Assembly: GCF_009914755.1 (NCBI RefSeq)
Contig: NC_060926.1
Direction: 5' to 3' (one strand)
DNA: 64,000 bases
Source: the human T2T-CHM13v2.0 reference genome, Homo sapiens
The notes beneath the pieces were generated by a model that was not told the DNA's origin, made no database searches, and worked only from the letters and a program-made list of their open reading frames with translations. Position numbers and translations under genes: made by a program. Positions 27,479 to 42,228 of this stretch are shown piece after piece. Every line of letters begins with the position of its first letter. Position 1 is the stretch's first letter.

Positions 27479-29474
27479 ATATAGAAAAGTAAATATAATA
27501 CGCTGCCATTTGTCTAAGAAAGAGGGGATATGAATATATATATATATATATAAATAAAACAGAAGGATTGATTATATAATGAATAGCATCCTTATCTTTA
27601 AAAGGAAGGAGAAGGTGGAGAGAGCAAGGGTGAAGCTAGATTTCTCTCAATCTACCTTCTACTTCCATGTGATAGAAGGTATGTGAATAAAAAAATTAAA
27701 GAAGTAAAAATTCTATAATCCTAGTTTTGTTTTTTTCTAAAAATATAAAGAAACTTATTTCCCACATCCTTTTAAAACCCAATGTTAATGGGTACCTAGT
27801 AATTCATTACAAAGATGTCCCATGTGTTACTTAACAAACCTAACTGTGTTTTGGAAGTATCTCAGCTTAACAGCAAAACATTCCGTGGGGAGTCAGAAAT
27901 CCCAGGCTCTGAGCCAGCTTCCATTATGCAGAACCATAAGATATTACTGCTGTTGGATTCTTTTTGCCCTGCCGAAACAGCAATGCGTAAACTCCAACCT
28001 TGTGGCTATTACTCCTGGGACCCTGGGCCAGTGACTTCTGTCGCCTCTCCTGAAAACTCTAGAGGAGTCCTGCCAGGCTCAGGGATGGTTGTGAGGGTCA
28101 AAAGAAATGCTGGGCAGCAGGTTTTAGGTGACATATTGTTAGAATCGAGAGGAGGCGGGTCTGCCTGGTGCAATGAGAAGGTATGAGTGTGAATCCTTTG
28201 ATAACTCCTTGCAGAACAATTCTGAAAATAAGGCATAGGTTCATTCCCAAACTGCACCAGGGCTGCAAGCACATTCTAAATTATACCAGTTATAAAGACA
28301 GAACTCTTGCAGTGCTAATGCAATTAAAGGGCATTTGCATGGAATGAGATTTTAGGTTTTTTGTTTTTTTGTTTTTTGTTTTTTTGCAGCACTGTTTAAA
28401 GAGGGTCCTTTGAGTTGTATTCTTAATTTGTGTAGTTTTTTTCCCTTTAAGATGATCTGTGCACTTCTCACATTTGAGATGCACTGGCTGGAAAATATTG
28501 CAGCAGCCCAGGCAGGGCTTGATTTCAGCCGACGTTTCTCAGGGCCTCCACACTAGGCATGCCTGGGAAATTGCCTTTTGGGACCTCTGCCAGGCCCCCT
28601 GGGAAATGGGAGCAGCCATCCTCCAGTGTAGATTTAGTTGTTCAATGACCCAGGGTGTCCGAAATAAGCAGAGAGAAAGAGCCCTCACTTCTCTTCCAAG
28701 CGAGGCAGTGTCGTTTGCACTTGGCTCTGTAATTAGGAGCTACTGGTGAGATGCTTTTTGGAAGTGAGCGAGCCCTTTCAATTTGGCCATTTGTGGTCCT
28801 GAATTACAGCTGACTGGAAATTAAAGCTGTAAGCGCAGCCTCAAACCACAGGGAATGGGGCTGAGGGCCTCCCAGCCACCTGGCACAGCTCTGGAATGCT
28901 TACAGCACTTGATAACGCTTGCTAGGGGCAAGACAAGGGCAATAAAATGTGAATTAGATGGAGATGAACATGCCATCCGGGGCAGGAAGAAATCCTCAAG
29001 CAGATGTGTGTGGAAATTAATGGTACGGTGATAACAAATGTTGAAGCACTGCACAGTGACCGTACTGGGGAATCGGCCCCCTGACAACTGTTTGTTTTAC
29101 AAAGGGCGGGGCCTCCTGTGGATGGAAGGAAAACGTAAGAGGTAATAGCTTTTGAATTTGGTGCAGTTGATGCATATTAAGGAGATCTTCCAGTCTGTTT
29201 CAGGAATGCATTTCAATCTGTGCTGCCAAAATCTTTGTTGGCCAGGGTCAATATTCAACTTATTAAAAGAAAAGTCTCATTCTCTTTCCCCTTTTTTCCA
29301 TTTGCTCCTTCTCCAGATAAAGAACGAGGGTAACTAATGCAGAGAAAAAATAACCACCCTCAACCAGGAGGCCACGCTGAAGAAGGATCCATCTCCCTGA
29401 GTTGTCTCTTTACCCTAGGCTGGGTCTGGATGTTCAGAGCAGAGTTTTAGCAGGCATGCTTTGGAGCTCAAGAA

Positions 29475-29832
29475 CAGGGGTCCCCAACCCCCAGGCTACA
29501 GACTGGTACCAATTTGTGGCCTGTTAGGAACCGGGCTGCACAGCAAGAGGTGAGTGGCAGGTGAGTGAGTGAGCATTACTGCCTGAGCCATGCCTCCTGT
29601 CAGATCAGCCTGGCATTAGTTCTCGAAGGAGCATGAACCCTATTGTGAACTGTACATATGAGGGATTTAGGTTGCATGCTCCTTATGAGAATCTGTACCT
29701 GATGATCTGAAGTGGAACAGTTTCATCCCAAAACCACCCTTCCCCACCCCTATACTCCCCCTAATCCCTGTCCGTGGAAAAATTATCTTCCATGAAACTG
29801 GTCTCTGGTGCCAAAAAGGATGAGGAACGCTG
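29475..29832 (+). mobile_element. MER1B-like hAT-Charlie MITE
   Basis: CAGGGGTCCCCAACC...GAGGAACGCTG; perfect 8-bp TSD CTCAAGAA (29467-29474 / 29833-29840). Confidence 0.9.
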
Positions 29833-30129
29833 CTCAAGAACATAAAAGAAGTACAGACCCTAATCCTGGATGCTCGGGTAGGCTGGTAATTGGCTTTTCA
29901 AAAGCTTTATTTCTATTAAAGGAGAAGAAAATAAAATGAGAAAGATACCACTTCAATGGCTGTAACAAAATTCTAATATTTAAAAGTGATACCAAAATAT
30001 AGATTGTGTAAAGTAGGGAGCAGATTTCATGGTGGGAAATACAGGGCAGTGAAGTAGAAATAATTGCTGGGTTTGACATTTGAAGACCTAGGTTTGGTTC
30101 CTAGCTGGGCCACATTTTAGCGGTCACTA

Positions 30130-30766
30130 TGGTCTTTGAGTACTTCCAGGCTCATCTTATATTTTTCCTGCTCAACACCCAAATTAGCTATTTACCAAGG
30201 AATCCTGGTTGCTTTTGATAGAGAGTGATACTTAGATCCGGGTGAAAGAAACCAAGATCTGGGGCCTACATATGCTCATTGCTATGAGGGCCTCAGTGTG
30301 TCTCCCTTTCAGTGGAGAGAACTAAGGAATGTATCTTTGGAATCATGGATTTATACTGATATCTTCAATTCAAAGACAATTCAACACAAATACATTGCCG
30401 AGTTCTTCCTCAATATCCTCCACACCATATTTGTATCTCTCTTCTTCCTTACTCATTGCTTTATTCTAGGACATAACTCAAAATATTCCAGAATCACAGT
30501 ATCGATACCAGTACTGACAACAAAACTCCTAAGATCAAGATTTCTTTGCAGGTCTTTTTACCCTTAGAATAAGTCCAACTAAATGTGTATGCTTGGAGCT
30601 CAGCTTTTAAGTTACTTAATTCTTTTTTTCTATGTACTTATGTAACCAGTTTGGTAGATAGTATATCATTGTGTTGTGTTTATCCAAGTTTAGAGTGCTT
30701 CTAAAAAACTCTTTGATTTAATTTTATTTTTGAATATGTAAAACACATAATTCAAAAGTCAAAACT
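30130..30766 (-). mobile_element. Old L1MC/ME fragment
   Basis: TTCCAGGCTCATCTTATATTTTTCCTGC and AACCAAGATCTGGG resemble reverse L1MC 3' UTR. Confidence 0.5.
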
Positions 30767-31068
30767 GGCCAGGCACAGTGGCTCACGCCTGTAATCTCAG
30801 CATTTCAGGAGGCCATGGCAGGAAGATTGCTTGAGCTCAGGGGTTTGAGACCAGCCCTGGCAACATGGCACAACCCCATCTCTACAAAAAATACAAAAAT
30901 TAGCCTGGCATGGTGGTGCATACCTGTAGTCCCAGCTACTCAGGAGGCTGAGGTGTGAGGAATGGATCGCTTGAGCCCAGGAGACTGAGGCTGCAGTGAG
31001 CTGTGAGTGTACCACTGCACTCCAGCCTGGGAGACAGAGCAAGAACTTGTCTCAAAAGAAAAAACAAA
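30767..31068 (+). mobile_element. AluJ-like
   Basis: GATTGCTTGAGCTCAGG and GAGGCTGCAGTGAGC; TSD AAAGTCAAAACT. Confidence 0.93.
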
Positions 31069-31179
31069 GTCAAAACTACATAAAAAGTGATAGTCATTCC
31101 TGTCCTTTACCTCTTACACTCTGAGCCTATCTCACCCCCCAAATTTCACTGGTTTATGATTTAATCTTCCTGCCGTCAC

Positions 31180-31548
31180 GGCTAGGCTAGAATCACGGTG
31201 TTGGCAGTGCTATCTTCCTTCCAGGTGATGATCCGTTTCCTCGCCTTTTCCAGCTTCTAGAGGCCACCTGCATTCCTTGGCTGTGGCCCCTTCCTCCACC
31301 TTCAGAGCCAGCAAAGTCAGGCTGAGTCCTCTTCATGCTGCATTTCGCTGGCTCCCTCTCTTCTGCCTCCCTTTTCCACTTATAAAGACCCTTGCAACCA
31401 CATTGGGCCCACCTGCCCAAGACAGTCAGCTGATTAGCTGTCTTAATTCCATCTGCAACTTTGATAGCCCTTTGGCATGTAACCTAATATATTCACAGGT
31501 TCTAGAGATTAGGATGTGGACATCTTTGGGGCCATTATTCTGCCTGCC
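31180..31548 (-). mobile_element. MLT1 (ERVL-MaLR) LTR fragment
   Basis: CCTTTTCCAGCTTCTAGAGGCCACCTGCATTCCTTGGCT and ATTAGGATGTGGACATCTTTGGGGCCATTATTCTGCCT. Confidence 0.8.
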
Positions 31549-32423
31549 GTGGATTTCTGCTATCACATTGGCTAACTACTATTGGTTTGTTTCTTGCAAC
31601 CACATCAGAGGAGCCAGGAAACCTCCCAGAGGAAGTTTGAGTGTTTTCCCTACACCTGGGAACTGGTGTCAGGAAGGTTTTTGCTCACTCTTAATATCTC
31701 TGATGAAGCCTGAAATCCTGCAGGACTTAGCAATTGGTCTTGGAAGAAAAATGGCACCATTGTCAGGGCTGGAAGATGCTTTGTGCCTGAGCCAGCATCT
31801 GAACAGCTGCAAGCATCCTTGTTGCACTCTCTTCCCCTTGAGGAATGAGGACAACGCAGCACCCACAGGTGTCCTCATCCGAAGCTGGGCTATTCTTTTA
31901 CCCAGCTCAGCTCACTCAAGTTGCAAATCTGTGAATGCAAACTTGGAACGGAATGCCCTAAAACCAGCTTCAGCTAGCCCAAAGTTGGGGAGTAGAAGCG
32001 GGGCGGGGGGAGAATTATGACTTAAATTATGATTTTAAATGAACATGAGGTTGCTCTTTCCTTTCCAAAATTTGAAACCTGCCTTGCATTCCTGGCTACA
32101 ATAAATAAGACTTTTGACATTTTTCTACAAGGTAAAAGGTAGACGTAAGAAGTGTGTGAGGAGATGTGTTCTCCCTCCTGCCCTCCGCCTACACTAGCAG
32201 CTCAAGGAGTTCCCTGGTTTCGATTGCCTCATTCCCCACCCTGGGCTGTTCTGTCCCTCAGGCAGGGCCTTGGGGCCTGTGAAATCAGGGGCCCCAGGAG
32301 AATCTAACAGGTGGCTTGGCTGAGGGTGTGGAGTCAAGAGGGACCTATGGTGAAGGTTGGCTCATGGAACCCTAATTTAGCTCATAAGGGTCCTTCACTA
32401 AGCTCTTCTGACCTGACACTCTA

Positions 32424-32483
32424 TTTCTAGATGTATCCTTCCCTTTCTAGATGCGTCCTTCCCTTTCTAGATGTATCCTTCCC
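32424..32483. repeat. 20-bp minisatellite x3
   Basis: TTTCTAGATG(TA/CG)TCCTTCCC in three tandem copies. Confidence 0.9.
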
Positions 32484-32581
32484 TTTCCTTATTCTCTGTC
32501 TTTTTCTGGGATGGGGGCTGAGTTTGGGATGTTAGTACAGACAGTGTGATGGGAGAGATCTTTCTTACTTTTCCAATTATG

Positions 32582-32793
32582 TTCTCTGTCTCTCTCCCTC
32601 TCTGTCTCTGTCTGTCTCTCTCTGTCTCTCCTCTGTCTCTGTCTTTCTCCTTCTCTCTCTCCCCTTCTATGTCTTCATCTCTTTCTCCTCTCTGTCTCTC
32701 TCTTTCCCCATTTGCTATCCCTCTCTGCCTCTTTCTCTGTCTTTCTTTCTCTCTGCTTCTCTCTCTCTTCCTTTCTTGTTTTCTTTCTTTCTC
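32582..32793. repeat. CT-rich low-complexity polypyrimidine tract
   Basis: Degenerate (CT)n/(CTGT)n. Confidence 0.9.
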
Positions 32794-34857
32794 AACCTCC
32801 TCTGGCTACAAATGAGATCTATACCAGATTTTAAATCCTGCCTTTAACTTTGTGATAAACCACTATTCACTGCTTTGAATTTCAGAAATTAGAAATATTG
32901 AGCATATGTCCCCGTAGGCACCAGGGAAAAGCATTTTCTTGTTCACAGAGGTGTCACCTCTTTTTCCTTGCAAAATTCTGCCCTGGAGCAGATCTCATGT
33001 GTGGGCCTGAATAAAAATGTGACTAGAAAGTAATAATGTGGTCGACTTTTCTTTTTTTTTTTTCCTGATAAGTGAGCGTAGTACCCTTCAGTTAGGTGCT
33101 CTGAGAGCCTGAGTATTTATTCCAGTCCACTCCTTTCGGGACATTGAGTTTAGACTCTGCCTCATATTTTGGGGGGCAATTCCCAGTACTAACAAATATT
33201 TGTCTTTGGGAGTGTTTTTATTTTTGGAACCAACCAAATGCTCTTTAGAGCCCTGGTGAAGGTGGGTGATCTGGCAGGACGATGGCACATTTGGTCAAAA
33301 AGACGAAGATGTGACTCTAGTGCTTCTCAGAAGAGGCTACACCCTGCAGGTGGAGGGAGGATGCATAGGAAGATGTGCAATATTATACCTTTATATTTGA
33401 AAAAAATGCCTCTTGGAAACTTAAAATAACATTAAAAGGAGGCATAAGAATTTTAGGTATGTGAAAAGGGAACTATCGTTTTTAAATGTTTGAGAAACTG
33501 CTTTAAGATAACAAAGGAAATATTCCTGTGTAGTCAGAAAAAGAGCTATGGACACAAGTTTCTGCAAGGGCTCAAGTACATTGCAGCAGCAGGTGGTGGT
33601 GAAGCTGCCCCACTCTGAAGCCTGGTATCAGACGCACAGGGTCAGGCAAGCAGGAAATACCAGGACTGCCCACGTCCCCTCACACAAGGTCTCAGCAGGC
33701 CTCAGTCCCACTGGGAATTTTAATGGAGCTTGTTAGCTAACCAGGGAAGCCCTGGAGGAGGCCAACCTGCGATGGAGAAGAATCTGGAAACCTTCTAATC
33801 TTTGGAAGAACTGAAGCCATTCATAATGTGTGTCTTTAGGAGAGGAGGCCCGTGGGATATTGGCCAGCTGCCTTCAAATATTTGACGGGTTGATGTGAAA
33901 AAAAGCTTTGACTTATTCTGTGTATCTCATGGGGGAATACATGAAAAAGAAAGAATGTCCTTTCTTTTTCTTTTCCTTTAACCTGTTTTATTTCAAAAAG
34001 GATCAACAGCAACTTACTTACAAAGATTCATATGACCCAACAAGACAAAATGAAATCCCAGCATCTAGATAATAAAATCAAAGTAAAGAGAAAAGAAAGG
34101 TTGGAAAAAGACATGAAATAGAAAGGCGATTAGGACACAGAAGGATGTGGTTAAGTGGGTTACAGGTGGGGCTCTAATGTTTTATGATAGTAGAACTAAG
34201 TCAACGAATTAAAGAGGGTTGGGCTTGGGGATAAAACTAGGAGAAATTTCCAAATTCTCATTGTCCAGCCATGGGAGAGGTCACCCTGGGTGTGGAAAGG
34301 TCCTCAGCATTGCAAGATGACCTGACTTGGCCTCGAATTATGACTATCAGCAACTGGGAGGGGAATCCCATCCTGGAAGGAAGACAGGCTGGGCAGAATG
34401 AACTCCCAAGTTCCACAAAAATCGTTGGTTTAGGAATCAGTCTCATTACTGTGTACATTGTGATGGGTTCACAGCCACAGTCAACTTACCATACATGGGT
34501 CATCTGAGTGTTGTCGAGGCAGAAAAGATGTTGTATTCCTCAAAGGACCTCCCCTCAATTCCTTTCTGAAACCCATAATCCCCAAGGCAAGTACTTTAAT
34601 TCCCTGAAGAGAGATAAGGATGGAATGCAAGACCTAAGGACTCACAACACATTTTTAAAAGTTACACTAAGTTGGAGGTGACTGACACAGAGACCTTCCA
34701 AAGAGCAGAGGCCATGGGAAATGGAAGAGGCATGTGGCTGCCGGGCCCCGAAGGAGCATCCTTCAGAGCTGCCCCAATCTGATCTCCCATGCCACCAGGA
34801 TACTTCTCGTACCTGGTCATGGGGACCCTGTTTTTACATGAGAAAATATGGTTTTCA

Positions 34858-35790
<933 letters not shown>

Positions 35791-37684
35791 AGAAAATATG
35801 TTTTCAGTGTTTCAGCAACCAAGGTGTATGCCCCATGGGTCACTGGATGTGACTAGCGTTTCTTTATTTAGGGTACTACCCAGGAAGGCTGAACATGGCC
35901 ACCTTCAACGTCTGAATCTCTCCAACAACACAGTGAAAGGTTTTTTCCTTGTCTGTCCTGGTCGAAAGAGGAGGCATGGCTCTCCTTAAAGGTGTGACTT
36001 GGACCTTGGTTTCCACTATCTTTTGCGCCTCCATCATCACTTGGCCTCTAGGCTTGCCACACAAGAGGATAGAAGGCGTGGCACAGTATGGCCACACCTC
36101 TGCTCACACCTCTGTGACCTATTTCCTGCCATAAAAGTTACTATCTCACTAGCTGGTTCCAGCCTTCTTGGAGAACCAACTCTCCTGGTTAACTGCTAAG
36201 GGAAGGTGAGGTACAGAGGGCATGGGTGTTGGTGGGAGACCAGGCAGCCACAGAGGTGGCCCCAGTGCTCTGGCTGGAGAAAATGAGAGAAGTTTTGCCT
36301 TGCTTCTGAAAGGGAGGAAATAGTGAAAGGAGTTGGCCTGATCTGGTGAACCTGGGGCTTTTCAGGGCAGGGTGAGGGTGCATGATGGGGGAGAATTGCC
36401 TGGTAGAGCTTCCAAAGGGGTTTGAGGACATGTACATCTCAGGTTCTATGGAAACTTGCTTGTCTGCATTGGTGTGATATAAGCAATCCTGTTTCCTCCA
36501 AATCTTCAGCAGGGTTTATTACATACAAAATTACCACCATCCTGCCAGGTTCCAAGTTGTAAGCAACAGAAACCTATTCTGGCTAGTTGAGGAGCAAATG
36601 CATTTGGTAAAGGGTATTAGCTGGATCGAAGAACTCCTGGGGACCAGAGAACTGGGCTGGAGACTTTATGGTAAACGGTCATGCCCAATTCACCCCAGAA
36701 TGGGCCCGGTGGAGCCCACACTGTGGTCATTTCTAGCATAGATGCTGCAGTATGCACCACCATCTCCTTGGAGGCAGGCCTCCAAGGCCACCTCTGTGGC
36801 TGCCTGGTCTCCCACCAACACCCATGCCCTCCGTACCTCACCTCCCCTTAGGGTTAACCAGCCGAGTTACTTCTCCAAGACATCCGGAGCCAGCTGATGA
36901 GATAACCTTTATGGCAGGATATAGGCCACCTTGCCTAAGGTCCTGCCACTGCTCTCTCTGAAACCTGTGTGTAGCTGCCACCACCTTCACCAGTGTCACT
37001 ACCCCCGATTCAGGGTCTCTGGTGATTTCATCTCTCTGTTTCCCTGGGAGACTTGCCTGAGCCCTGGAGGCAAGAGAGGCTAGCACAGCAAACCAGCTCC
37101 ACAGAGACTCCCAGGTGTTCAAGGTCTCAAATCTAGGAAGGCTGGATTAAAATGCATGATAAATATCTGCTCTGTGACTCTATGTGGAAATCAAAGAAGA
37201 AGCTGTATTTTTTTTTCTTTTTAGTCTGAGAAGAACAGAGATTTGGGACCTGACAGTATATGAACAGGAGAAGGAGTAAATCCTGACACACCCCACCACT
37301 CCAATTTTCCCAGCAAAAATCTTGGGCAGGGTGTGGACATCCACAGATTGTAGAATGAGGTGTTAAGCATACTCTGACCTACATCTCATGGAATAGATGG
37401 GTCCAGGTGCTGTAATCTGATCAACCCCCTTCCAGTAAGAAAATGCCTTAAAACTTCCCTTTGAAAATAAGAAAACTACCTAGATAGAAGAAATTATCCC
37501 AGCCATAGGGAACTAGGCAGCATATTCTGTTGCCTCTTATCAGAGTCTGGCCCTAACTGGCTGTGTGTCTGCAGGCAAGCCATTTAGCCTCTCTGGTCTT
37601 CTGTTCAATGAAGGGCTCTGGGGGATTTCTATCTATTATTTTGCACTCAGCATTCACAGTTTAGTCCATTCACTTCAGGGAAAC

Positions 37685-37758
37685 TTTTTTCCTGTACTTT
37701 TTTGAGATATAATTTATACAAAGTGCACAATGTAGTGTACAGCTTGATGACTTTTTAG

Positions 37759-37794
<36 letters not shown>

Positions 37795-38030
37795 CTCATG
37801 TAACCACAACCCTAATCAAGATATGAAACATTTCCCACATCCAGAATGTGTCTTTGCGTTTCTTCCAGCCAATACCCCACACTCCAGGTTTAACCACGGT
37901 TCCGACCTCTATCACCATGGCTTCGTTTTGCCTGTTCTTGAACTTCATATAAAATAGAATCATACAGTGTACTTTTGAACGTCTGGTTTCTTTCATATAT
38001 AACATGATACTTTGAGATCCATCCGTGTCA
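37685..38030 (-). mobile_element. L1ME-like 3' fragment containing (CA)n at ~37762-37792
   Basis: TTTGAGATATAATTTATACAAAGTGCAC and TTGAACTTCATATAAAATAGAATCATACAG. Confidence 0.65.
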
Positions 38031-38990
38031 TTTTAGGTAGATTTTAAAAACTGCAATTGAAAATTCTGGAATAGAAAATTATTCCTGGCTTTTAAAAATA
38101 GACATGCCATGTACAGGAAGGATGGGGAGATTTTCTAGGTCAGCAGAGGGTGCAGCGTTGTCTCCTCTGAGACCGGAGATCTTGATTCAAGCTGCAGAAT
38201 GTGATTCTGTGGCTGATCCAAAGATTTTATGAACAGTGAGTAAGGCAAGGAGGAAGGGGAGAGGGGAAAGAGCGGGAAGGGAAGGGTGGGTGAGGAAGAA
38301 GGCAGGGGTGCTGGGGAGCTGCGGGAGCTTGCGCTTCCTTTTCTGGCATCTACTGTTCTCTCAGATCAAGTACAGTTGTGTAAACAGATCTGTGCCTGGA
38401 ATGTAAGGAAGGAGGGAGGGGAGCCAAGTAAGTCAGAGACTGCTGGAAAACAGGAAGAACTTGCCTGAAATAGACTAGCTCGTGCCTTCAGGATGGGACT
38501 CCTGGAGAAGCCATCAGGCCTGTGAATCAGGCACAGTACAGTAGAAGCACTACCTGGCATTGTGCTGTCCAGGCCTGGGGTGGCACTGTCCCTGTCCGGG
38601 CCCCTGTACTAAGTAGTCGAGTATTAATGGGCTGGCAGAGCAACTAGCCAAGCAGAGGCTCCCGTGGCTTAGGGGCTCATCTTTACTCAGCGAGATGAGT
38701 GTGGGACTGGCGGGGACTGTCCCTTCCAGTCCCCACTCGTCTTCCCCTCCCACTCCACCCCCAGCCAGCTGCTCTCAGCATCAGGGTGTTGAAAACTTGC
38801 ATCACACTACATGGAACGTTGTAATTGTGAAATAGTTCATGAGAGATGGAAGGTGGACTTTTACCTTTGAATCTTTGTTCATAAACAAATGGTGCTGTAC
38901 CCAGTGGGAATTCCACACCATCTCCCAATGCATCCCATCAGTAACAGGTTTTTGCCTCTTTACCTGCGTTTCTCTTAACTGTGATTATTA

Positions 38991-39323
<333 letters not shown>

Positions 39324-39518
39324 TGACGAAAGCTGATCTTGTATTCTCCCCCATTCTCTGTTCACTTTGTTATTTCCTTACAGGCCTTAAGCAACTGGAC
39401 ACTTCTGTTTACATACTAACAAAGTCCATGGATTCAGGTACACTGAGGAATCAGTTGCTGCTGTTTCCATTAAGACTTTTGGCCTTGAAAAAATATCTTT
39501 TAAAAAAATAATTTAGAC

Positions 39519-39823
39519 TTTTTTTTTTTTTTTTGAGACAGAGTCTCGCTCTGTCACCCTGGCTGGAGTGCAGTGGCCCAATCTCGGCTGGCTCACCACA
39601 ACCTCTGCCTCTAGGTTCAAGCGATTCTCCTGCCCCAGCCTCCAGAGTAGCTGGGATTTCAGGCATCAGCCACCACGCCCACCTAATTTTTTGTGTGTAT
39701 TTTAGTAGAGACGGGGTTTCACCATGTTGTCCAGGCTGGTCTCAAATTCCTGACCTCAAGTGATCTGCCCATCTCAGCCTCCCAAAGTGCTGGGATTACA
39801 GGCGTGAGTCACCACACTCGGCC
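39519..39823 (-). mobile_element. Alu (S-type)
   Basis: Reverse Alu; TSD TAATTTAGACTTTT. Confidence 0.95.
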
Positions 39824-39824
39824 G

Positions 39825-40137
39825 TAATTTAGACTTTTATTTTAGATTCAGGGGGCATATATGCAGGTTTGTTATATGAGTATACATGTGTGATGCTTAG
39901 ACTTGGGGTACAATTGATCCCACCATCCAGGTACTGAGCATAGTACCCAATAGTTTTTCAACACTTGCTGCCTCAGTTTCTTCCCCAGTTTCTATTGTTG
40001 CCATCGTTTTGTCCATGAGTACCCAAAGTTTAGCTCCCACTTATGAGTGAGAACATGTGGTGTTTGGTTTTCTGTTCCTGTGTTAATTCACTGAGGATAA
40101 TGGCTTCCAGCTGCATCCATGTCGCTGCAAAGGACAC
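39825..40137 (-). mobile_element. L1PB/L1PA 3' UTR fragment
   Basis: TTTAGCTCCCACTTATGAGTGAGAACATG and AGCTGCATCCATGTCGCTGCAAAGGAC. Confidence 0.85.
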
Positions 40138-40167
40138 GTAAAATCTTATCTTTAAAAAAAAATGTCA

Positions 40168-40468
40168 GCTGGGCACGGTGGCTCATGCCTGTAATCCCAG
40201 CACTTTGGGAGGCAGAGGGGGGGTGGATCACCTGAGGTCAGGAGTTCGAGACCAGCCTGGCCAACATGCTGAAACCCCATCTCTACTAAAAATACAAAAA
40301 AATTAGCCAGGCATTGTGGCGGGCGCCTATAATCCCAGCTACTAAGGAGGCTGAGGCAGGAGAATTGCTTGAGCCCCGGAGGTGGAGGTTACAGTAAGCT
40401 GAGAACATGGGCCACTACACTCCAGCCTGGGCGTCAAGAATGAAACTCCATCTCAAAGAAAAAAAAAA
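40168..40468 (+). mobile_element. Alu (S-type)
   Basis: Full Alu with poly(A) tail. Confidence 0.95.
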
Positions 40469-41903
40469 AGCAACATCAAATCCAGGGCCAGTGAAAAATT
40501 GTTTCCAAATTGGCCATGCTCCAATGTGGATTTTTAAAAGTGGAATGAACAACAATGGGACACAAGTATACATCTATTAGAATGGCGAAAATCCCAGAAG
40601 CTGACAATGGCAATTTCTGGTGAGGATATGGAGCAATAGGAAGTCTCATTCACTGCTGGTGGGAAAGAGAAATGGTACAGCCACTTTGGAAGACAGTCTG
40701 ACAGTTTCTACAAAGCTAAGCATACTCTCACTATATAATGCAGCAATTGCACTCCAAAGTATTTACCCGACTGATGTGAAAACTTATATCTGCACAACAA
40801 CTTGCACTCAAATGTTTATAGCAGCTTTATCGATGATTGCCAAAACATGGAAGTAACTGAGATGTCCTTTAACAGGTGAATGAATAAGCAATCTATGGTA
40901 TATCCATACAATGGAATACTATTTAACAATTAAAAAGGAATGGACCCTCAGTCCAAACAACAATGTGGATGAATCTTGAATGCATATTGCTAAGTGAAAG
41001 GAGGCAGCATGAATAGACTGCATACTGTATGATTTCATTTTATGATATTCTAGTAAGGGAAGAGTTACAGAGATAGAAAACAGATTTATGTTCATCAGGG
41101 GATTGGGGAAGAAGAGGGGAGGAATAGGGAAAGCACCCAGAATTGTTTTACAGCCGTGAAATTATTTCATAAGGCACTGTAGTTGTGGAGACATGACACT
41201 ATGAATTTATCAATTGGGAGATTGGTAATCCCAGGATGGAATCCAGCCTGTGGCAAAACAATCTAACTGTATTACAATGTGGCATAACCTCACTGAAGGA
41301 GGCAGGAGGAAAGGTGATGATCTGAGTAACTTGGAAATGAGTGGAGCCTGCAGGACTAAAGACAAAAGAAACAATACAGAAGTACTATACTCCAGCTGAT
41401 AAAGTTGTTTCTTATGTGCTTTGGGTTAACAATTTTGATACTTCTCTACATGTATACTTGGATTAAGACTATTAGTAAAAGATGATGGATGGTGGGAGGC
41501 AGGTTTCTCTCTATTGGAGTAAATGGTTACAGAAAGCCAAGGGAATGCCTAGAATGAACCATGTGGTTCTCTGTGTGAGACATTAGTCTAGACTCATGTT
41601 TAGCTTAACGTAGATACAGATCAATAATTATGGAAATAATTCTGGATATGTGTGCACACACAGGTAGACCCACCCTCATATATTTCCAAACTCTGTCTGC
41701 TGAAAGGGCCTAGAATCAATGAACCCTGGTAATGACAAGCTAACTCATCACCCTGATTTTGGTTTCTAATGCCATTAAAGGAACCAGAGCTCCTTGGAGA
41801 AATGGCTGAGTTTAAGACTGTGGTGGGAAATGCACCTGGAGATGAACTTGGAACCTCTTATAATCACAGAAGATAAGAAGGACCTCAGAAAACAAAAGCA
41901 TGT

Positions 41904-42228
<325 letters not shown>

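Noticed and set aside
31277-32020. 247-aa ORF
   Set aside because: Non-ATG start, first third is antisense MLT1 LTR, and no recognisable domain or exon structure.
32424-32483. Short direct repeats here, at 7494-7544 and at 49555-49621 as CRISPR-like arrays
   Set aside because: Head-to-tail tandem copies without unique spacers, in a primate genome with no cas genes.
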